A stretch of 32,000 nt of DNA from Leminorella richardii (GTDB lineage Bacteria; Pseudomonadota; Gammaproteobacteria; Enterobacterales; Enterobacteriaceae): NCBI RefSeq assembly GCF_900478135.1, contig NZ_LS483470.1, positions 1,376,071 through 1,408,070 on the forward strand, in the 5' to 3' direction. The notes under the pieces are model-generated. The model made no database searches and had not been told where the DNA came from. It saw nothing but the letters and a program-made list of their open reading frames with translations. A program made the translations under genes and the position numbers. Below, piece after piece: positions 27,023 through 32,000 of the stretch (within the stretch, counting starts at the first letter, position 1; each line of letters opens with the position of its first letter).

Positions 27023-29569
27023 GTGCGCTTATTTAGATCCGTATCATTAAAACCGTTAGTCACGCTGCTGTTTGTGCTGCTGCTAACGATTACATTAAGC
27101 ACTGCGCTCTTCCTACAGCTACGTAATGAAATGCGCCTTTTTGAACGGCTGAGCGACCGTGTGACAGCCACCCATATTGAATCCGTTCGTTCCCACCTTT
27201 TTAACTTTATGGAAGTGCCCATTCAGGCTAATGCTGCTGTCGAGATCGCTATACGAAACTCTCTCAATGAGTCCGATAGCTCCCTTAATGAGCTAGAAGT
27301 GCCGCTTAAGGAGACGATGGAACGCATTTTTCCCAATATGCCTCAGCTAAGCCTCATTGCCTTTGGTTCGGCTAACGGCAATTACGTTGCCGTTGACAGA
27401 GATAGCCAGACCGGTGATTTCAGGCTTCTGTTAAAGGATGTGCGAACCCGCGGCGTGATGAACTTTTATTCTGGTATGAGCACGGAAAATCCAGTGATAA
27501 ACAGCCTTAAGTATTACGATCCGCGACTTCGCCCTTGGTATCGCAACGTAGAGGTAAATCGCCGGGGAATATGGACCACAGGCTATTGGGATTTGAATAA
27601 GGTTAGAGAGCTGACGATTTCCTATAATAGCCCCGTTTATGATACTAATAAACGCTATGTCGGCGTGCTTTCCAGCGATATTAAAGTCGAGCGTTTTAAT
27701 AAGTACCTGCGTTCGATACCCAGCCTTGGTAACGGCGTTATTTTTATCCTGAACGGCGACAATAAAATGGTGTCGTACTCGTCCGATGATAAATTAAAGT
27801 TTGTACCTCAAGAAACAACGATTCTTTACGATAAAGCGACTCTCATTTCTCCGCAAGAAAGCATCAGCCCCATCATTCGGGAGATGGCTCCTTACCTTAA
27901 CGATAAGAGCATCGATAAGATTCTTTTTACCCTTAACGGCGAGGTTTTTCACGGTCGAATTGCATCATTTGGTTCGGGTCTTGGCTTAAAAAATTGGCGC
28001 ATTGTCGTTGCGGTACCGCAGAGTGATTTTATTGGCAAGCTGGATGCAGACAGGCGTTCCACGATCTTTCTTATTTTGGGCGTTTTTTTGGTAGGCATCA
28101 CGCTGGCATGGATTATTTTATCAAAAATTACAACGCCAATACTGGACGTCGCCAGGCAGGCTAGATTGATCGCTCTTCAGGAGTGGTCGCCTGCTCGAGC
28201 ACCTCGCTTCCAGCTTAAAGAGATTAGGCTGCTTAACAATGCGTTTAACGAGATGTCTGCCACGCTGTCGACGGCCTTTTCTAAATTACGACACCAGGTT
28301 AACTACGATCCCGTCAGCGGCCTGTTGAGCGCAGAAGGCCTGCTGGAGCAGATGAAGATCTCTGATACGTCCGGAGAGAAGCGTAAATGGCGTGGGTTAG
28401 TGATGCTCAGTCTGGACAATATCGGTGACGTGAACAATACATTGGGGTATCAGAAAGGTGAGTGGTTATTAAGCGAGTTTGCGGCAACGCTCAATGATGT
28501 TGTACCTAAAGAGGCACTGCTTGCTAGAGTCAATGACGTTGAATTTGCCGTGTGCTATCCGGAGGGGTGCCCTAAAGACATCCTGACTGAAGAAGTGCAA
28601 AAGTACGTTCATCTTTACGCACACGCTCAGGGCAGTGAACACCTGATGTTTGTCGGCAGCATTGCTTTTGTCGATGGAGAGTTTGACGATGCGTCGTTGA
28701 CCCAGCACCTGCGGAAGGCCTCTTTAGCGTTGGTTAACGCTCGTAAAAAGGGCACTGGGGCGTATGAGGTGTATAAGCCGGAAATGATGACTCAGGCAGT
28801 TGAAAATACCCAGATGCTGCAAGAGTTAAGTCAGGCACAGATTAATCAGGAGTTACTGGTCTATTTCCAGCCGATTGTTGAACTGCGTGACGGTAGAGTC
28901 ATCGGTGCAGAGGCACTGCTTCGCTGGCGGAGTAAAGCGTACGGTATGGTCGCGCCCTATATCTTTATTCCTCTTGCTGAGGAATCTGGCCTGATTTTGT
29001 CTATCGGACGCTGGGTGCTTAAAGAGTCCTGCCGCCAGTTGGCGCTGAAGATAGCAAGCGGCTGGCCGAGAGACTTTATTATTCATATTAACGTGTCTGC
29101 CCGGCAGCTGATGCAAACGGATTTTTATGACGTCATCGTTGAGTCTTTGCGTGAAAACGACCTTTCTCCCTGTAATTTGGCGATTGAGCTGACAGAGTCT
29201 ATTTTAGTGGAAAAGGGCACTATTATCGGCGAGCAAATTGCACGGATCCGGGCTCTTGGACTTTCCGTGGCGATAGACGATTTTGGTTCTGGGTTCTCAA
29301 GCCTTTCCTATTTGTACCGATTGCAGTTTGACTGTTTGAAAATTGATAGGGACTTTGTTTGCGGCGTGTTGGAGAGCGCTCGAAGCGAAGCTATTGTCTC
29401 CGCGGTTGTCCGCCTGGCTGACGGGCTGTCCGTTCCGCTAGTTGCTGAGGGGATCGAAACCGAAGAGGCAGCAGCGAAGCTTTATCATCTGGGATGTAAA
29501 CGCGGACAGGGATACTATTTTGGTAGGCCAATTCCGCTGGATGAATGGGAGAATCCCAGAAACAAATAA
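27023..29569 (+). CDS. Membrane c-di-GMP phosphodiesterase: periplasmic Cache-like sensor, HAMP, degenerate GGDEF, EAL
   Basis: 848 aa from a GTG start at 27023. Two TM segments (about res 10-32 and 345-367) bracket a ~310-aa periplasmic domain. The GGDEF position reads NDVEF. EAL-domain residues are intact: EALLRW, NVS, ELTES, DDFGSGFSSLSYL, KIDR, EGIETEE, QGYYFGRP. Confidence 0.85.
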   Translation: MRLFRSVSLKPLVTLLFVLLLTITLSTALFLQLRNEMRLFERLSDRVTATHIESVRSHLFNFMEVPIQANAAVEIAIRNSLNESDSSLNELEVPLKETMERIFPNMPQLSLIAFGSANGNYVAVDRDSQTGDFRLLLKDVRTRGVMNFYSGMSTENPVINSLKYYDPRLRPWYRNVEVNRRGIWTTGYWDLNKVRELTISYNSPVYDTNKRYVGVLSSDIKVERFNKYLRSIPSLGNGVIFILNGDNKMVSYSSDDKLKFVPQETTILYDKATLISPQESISPIIREMAPYLNDKSIDKILFTLNGEVFHGRIASFGSGLGLKNWRIVVAVPQSDFIGKLDADRRSTIFLILGVFLVGITLAWIILSKITTPILDVARQARLIALQEWSPARAPRFQLKEIRLLNNAFNEMSATLSTAFSKLRHQVNYDPVSGLLSAEGLLEQMKISDTSGEKRKWRGLVMLSLDNIGDVNNTLGYQKGEWLLSEFAATLNDVVPKEALLARVNDVEFAVCYPEGCPKDILTEEVQKYVHLYAHAQGSEHLMFVGSIAFVDGEFDDASLTQHLRKASLALVNARKKGTGAYEVYKPEMMTQAVENTQMLQELSQAQINQELLVYFQPIVELRDGRVIGAEALLRWRSKAYGMVAPYIFIPLAEESGLILSIGRWVLKESCRQLALKIASGWPRDFIIHINVSARQLMQTDFYDVIVESLRENDLSPCNLAIELTESILVEKGTIIGEQIARIRALGLSVAIDDFGSGFSSLSYLYRLQFDCLKIDRDFVCGVLESARSEAIVSAVVRLADGLSVPLVAEGIETEEAAAKLYHLGCKRGQGYYFGRPIPLDEWENPRNK

Positions 29570-29573
29570 CAAA

Positions 29574-29598
29574 AAAGCCCGCTTTAAAAGCGGGCTTT
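29574..29598. terminator. Bidirectional terminator for the EAL gene (+) and tRNA-Asn copy 2 (-)
   Basis: aaagcccgc-tttaaaa-gcgggcttt. On the minus strand T6 follows. Confidence 0.75.
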
Positions 29599-29600
29599 CG

Positions 29601-29622
29601 AAATTTGGCTCCTCTGACTGGA
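29601..29622. repeat. Third copy of the 22-bp att core: unoccupied attB in tRNA-Asn copy 2
   Basis: aaatttggctcctctgactgga is identical to attL/attR. The left flank (gcgggctttCg) matches the attL flank (gcgggctttTg). Confidence 0.85.
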
Positions 29623-29681
29623 CTTGAACCAGTGACATACGGATTAACAGTCCGCCGTTCTACCGACTGAACTACAGAGGA
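29606..29681 (-). tRNA. tRNA-Asn (GUU), second copy
   Basis: 76 nt, identical to 26602-26677. Confidence 0.95.
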
Positions 29682-29699
29682 ATCGTGTGAACGGGGCGC

Positions 29700-29728
29700 A
29701 TCATATCTATCCTCGCTCACCCTGTCAA
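29700..29728 (-). promoter_or_regulatory. Sigma70 promoter of tRNA-Asn copy 2
   Basis: Minus strand reads TTGACA (29728-29723), 17 nt, TATGAT (29705-29700), then a gcgcc discriminator. Same architecture as copy 1. Confidence 0.7.
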
Positions 29729-29953
29729 CGCTAAATTGTTATCTTTTATCTAAGTGTTCATCAACTAATCAAAATGACCGTTCATTGAACAGCGGCGGCG
29801 TAAAATGAGTGGGCCAGAAGCTGTATTCATCCAGCGAGAGGAAACGGCTGCTGTTTAAATAATAGAGATAGAGGGTGAAATTTCACAGCGGTGTTGCTAT
29901 TTACCAAGGCAGATAGCGTTCGTTGAATAACGTTAGAGTAGAAGAGGGGGAAC

Positions 29954-29989
29954 AATAACGAAAAGCTAGCAGGGTAGCTTTTCGTTATT
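29954..29989. repeat. Perfect 15-bp inverted repeat (stem-loop)
   Basis: aataacgaaaagcta (29954-29968) / tagcttttcgttatt (29975-29989). No adjacent gene on the plus strand. Confidence 0.6.
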
Positions 29990-30255
29990 AGGTTGTAATG
30001 TTTTTATTAGCGTAAATAAGAAATTATCAAATAAACAAGAGAAATAAAGTGCGGCGTAAGCGTATATTTTTATATAAATCTGGATACGCGAGCATCAGTC
30101 AGCTTTGCTTTTATATTACTCTCTGCGCCAGCGGCTGTCTGAATTAAAACAAACCGAGTCAATAGAGTTTATAAAATATCAAAGTGTAAAATGCTTCAGC
30201 CTAGTATATTTAATCAGCGCAATAGCTACGAACAGAGCCTAATGCACAGATACCG

Positions 30256-30279
30256 AAAATAGCGGCGGTGCTCCGCTAC
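30256..30279 (-). terminator. Intrinsic terminator of the hha-family gene
   Basis: Minus strand reads tagcgg-agcaccg-ccgcta followed by TTTT, about 25 nt after the stop. Confidence 0.55.
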
Positions 30280-30301
30280 GTAATGCTTGTGAAGATTGGA
30301 A

Positions 30302-30514
30302 TTATTTCACCTGGAACCAAATGGATTTTGGCACTTTGCCTAGGTCAAAGAGCTTACCGGCAACCAACTCAGCTCTGCGGTGATCGGCAGCGCGGTACAT
30401 ATTGGCGAGAATACCGTTGTCTGATAGGGAATAGTTTAGTTTATCGTAAAGGCGCTCTAGGCTATCCTCATTGGAGCATTTACGGAACATCATTAAATAA
30501 TCAATATCACTCAT
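30302..30514 (-). CDS. Hha/YmoA/Cnu-family H-NS co-regulator
   Basis: 70 aa. [62 protein letters not shown] is collinear with E. coli Hha from memory (DYLMRLRRC...LERV.....YELSDNEL..FYSAADHRLAEL..NKLYDK.P.SVW). Confidence 0.85.
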   Translation of the reverse strand: MSDIDYLMMFRKCSNEDSLERLYDKLNYSLSDNGILANMYRAADHRRAELVAGKLFDLGKVPKSIWFQVK

Positions 30515-30613
30515 TATAGGCTACTTATTATTTAGCTCAACGTGAAGAAATGCATGCATTGATTAATACACGCGGAATATCACTCGGTACGTTGAGGTAT
30601 TGGATTAGGGGTA

Positions 30614-30656
30614 ATCTGTAACGACATAAAGACGAACGTGTGATGTCGTTACAGAT
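30614..30656. repeat. Perfect 14-bp inverted repeat between the yqhD-like and hha-family genes
   Basis: atctgtaacgacat (30614-30627), 15 nt, atgtcgttacagat (30643-30656). No U-tract on either strand. Confidence 0.6.
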
Positions 30657-30720
30657 ATCATAGTCTGTTGATAGAGAATGAACAAGCACTTATGGCGCCA
30701 TTATTTGTAATAGCGCACAA

Positions 30721-31875
30721 TCAGTAGCTTAAGCTCAGGATCCTGCGAACTTCAATTTCATTGATATCCTTATGTTCACCCAGCGGTAATAAATTAAATC
30801 TTTTTAAATAGTTAATTGCATCTTCAATACAGGACTCAGGGATCCCATAGGCTCTTAAACTGGTAGCGATACCCATTTCTTCGAAAAAGCGTCGGGTTAG
30901 CGCAATGGCACTATTTATCCGCATTTCTTCGTCGCCTTCGGTTAATCCCCAAACTCTTTCAGCATACTGTAATAGCTTCAGTCGCTTAGTCTTTTTTTGT
31001 ATATCCAAAACGGAAGGAAGTATGACCGCGAGCGTTTGCGCATGATCGAGACCGTAATAGACAGTGAAATAGTATCCCATCCGGTGAGTAGACCAGTCCT
31101 GAGGCACGCCGAGGCCAATGAGCCCGTTTAGCGCCTGAGTTGCGCTCCACATGATAGACGCTCTGGCGTCATAGTTCTCTTTCTCTACGAGTGCCTTAGG
31201 GCCTTCTTCAATGAGTGTTAACATCAGGCCTTCTGCGTAGCGATCCTGAACTTTTCCATAAACGGGATAGGTTAAATACTGTTCGGCAACGTGAACGAAT
31301 GCGTCAACAACTCCGTTGGCGACCTGTTTTTCAGGCAGGGTATAGGACTTTTTCGGATCCAATAGCGCAAAGCGTGGGAAGAGCAGAGGGTGCTTATGGC
31401 TTAGCTTAGCGTTAAGGCCTGCGTGGCTAATAACGGCAGTGCCGTTCATTTCAGAGCCGGTTGCAGGCAGTGTGACAACGCAGCCAATCGGAAGCACCTG
31501 GCTGAGAGGAATATTCTTTACCCAGCTTTCCCACACATCGCCTTCAAAATAGGCCGCGGCAGCAATAAATTTTGTGCCATCGATGACTGAACCGCCGCCA
31601 ACGGCAAGAAGAAAATCTATCTTTTCTTCTTTTACAATGTTAACCGCCTTCATTAACGTGTCGTATTGAGGGTTGGGCTCGATACCGCCAAATTCAATAT
31701 ATTCTCTTGCACCTAGCGCCTGAGTCACTTCAGCTAGGGTGCCATAGCGTTTGGCACTGCCTCCACCATAGGTGATGAGTACGCGGGCGCTGGGAGGAAT
31801 GTGGGCGTCAATATCCTTCATTCTTCCTTCGCCAAAAAGTATTCGCGTTGGATTGTAATAGTCAAAGTTAAACAT
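30721..31875 (-). CDS. yqhD: Iron-containing (group III) NADPH-dependent alcohol/aldehyde reductase, YqhD-like
   Basis: 384 aa. Collinear with E. coli YqhD from memory: NPTRILFG.G, ARVLITYGGGS.K, EFGGIEPNP.Y.TLM.AV, FLLAVGGGSV.DGTKFIAAA, TLPATGSE.N, VANGVVDAFVH..EQY.T.P, WAATQALNGLIG.GVPQDW.TH, LDHAQTLA, KLLQYAERVW. Confidence 0.85.
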   Translation of the reverse strand: MFNFDYYNPTRILFGEGRMKDIDAHIPPSARVLITYGGGSAKRYGTLAEVTQALGAREYIEFGGIEPNPQYDTLMKAVNIVKEEKIDFLLAVGGGSVIDGTKFIAAAAYFEGDVWESWVKNIPLSQVLPIGCVVTLPATGSEMNGTAVISHAGLNAKLSHKHPLLFPRFALLDPKKSYTLPEKQVANGVVDAFVHVAEQYLTYPVYGKVQDRYAEGLMLTLIEEGPKALVEKENYDARASIMWSATQALNGLIGLGVPQDWSTHRMGYYFTVYYGLDHAQTLAVILPSVLDIQKKTKRLKLLQYAERVWGLTEGDEEMRINSAIALTRRFFEEMGIATSLRAYGIPESCIEDAINYLKRFNLLPLGEHKDINEIEVRRILSLSY

Positions 31876-32000
31876 GGTTATCTCCCAGCGGTGGGCTATT
31901 TGATCACGATAAATTCAACGGAGCGAGCGAGTGCGCACGCTGTGGCTTGAAAGTGTTGCTACGCATTGATGCTTTCGACTATAGCGTATTTATATCGGGC

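Noticed and set aside
29391-29720. 109-aa minus-strand ORF spanning the EAL gene 3' end and tRNA-Asn (also 26986-27222 and 29438-29638)
   Set aside because: It runs through a tRNA gene, its terminator and the end of a confident CDS, so it is not plausible as coding.
1-32000. Search by eye for rRNA, IS transposases, CRISPR arrays, phage structural genes and conjugation genes
   Set aside because: None was recognisable. The only mobility genes are the two tyrosine recombinases in the tRNA-Asn island.

Overview
32-kb chromosomal segment of an Enterobacterales-type genome; the genus cannot be assigned from sequence alone. Marker genes are yeeX, a PtsG-like PTS gene, a dcu/aspA-like cluster, ycaQ-like, an hha-family gene and yqhD-like. 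Positions 1-16.6 kb hold ordinary metabolic and regulatory genes: yeeX; a frameshifted PtsG-like EIICB; a GntR / TIM-barrel isomerase / MFS operon; a pirin; an XRE-S24 repressor divergent from a Dcu transporter plus two tandem aspartase-like paralogs; a MocR regulator with an AhpD-like gene; and YjbR-like and YcaQ/AlkZ-like genes. Positions 16.9-26.7 kb are an accessory hotspot at a tRNA-Asn gene. Two type II toxin-antitoxin pairs (HigB/RelE-like with an XRE antitoxin, then pemI/pemK) sit next to a ~7.9-kb island. The island is bounded by a perfect 22-bp direct repeat of the tRNA-Asn 3' end (18672-18693 and 26597-26618). It carries a P4-type integrase with a frameshift, two tandem XRE paralogs divergent from a Ner-like gene, a GC-rich ORF-poor stretch, and a second small tyrosine recombinase. 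Its AT-rich cargo is a two-gene operon: a 403-aa protein with a DUF4297/Cap4-like PD-(D/E)xK N-terminus followed by a 560-aa HerA/DUF87-type ATPase. This operon is the best candidate for a defence system in the window. Positions 26.7-32 kb hold a Cache-HAMP-(degenerate GGDEF)-EAL gene flanked by two tRNA-Asn copies, the second with an unoccupied copy of the 22-bp att core, then an Hha-family gene and a YqhD-like alcohol dehydrogenase. No rRNA, CRISPR array or transposase was seen. All family assignments rest on motif recognition and remembered reference sequences; no database search was run.
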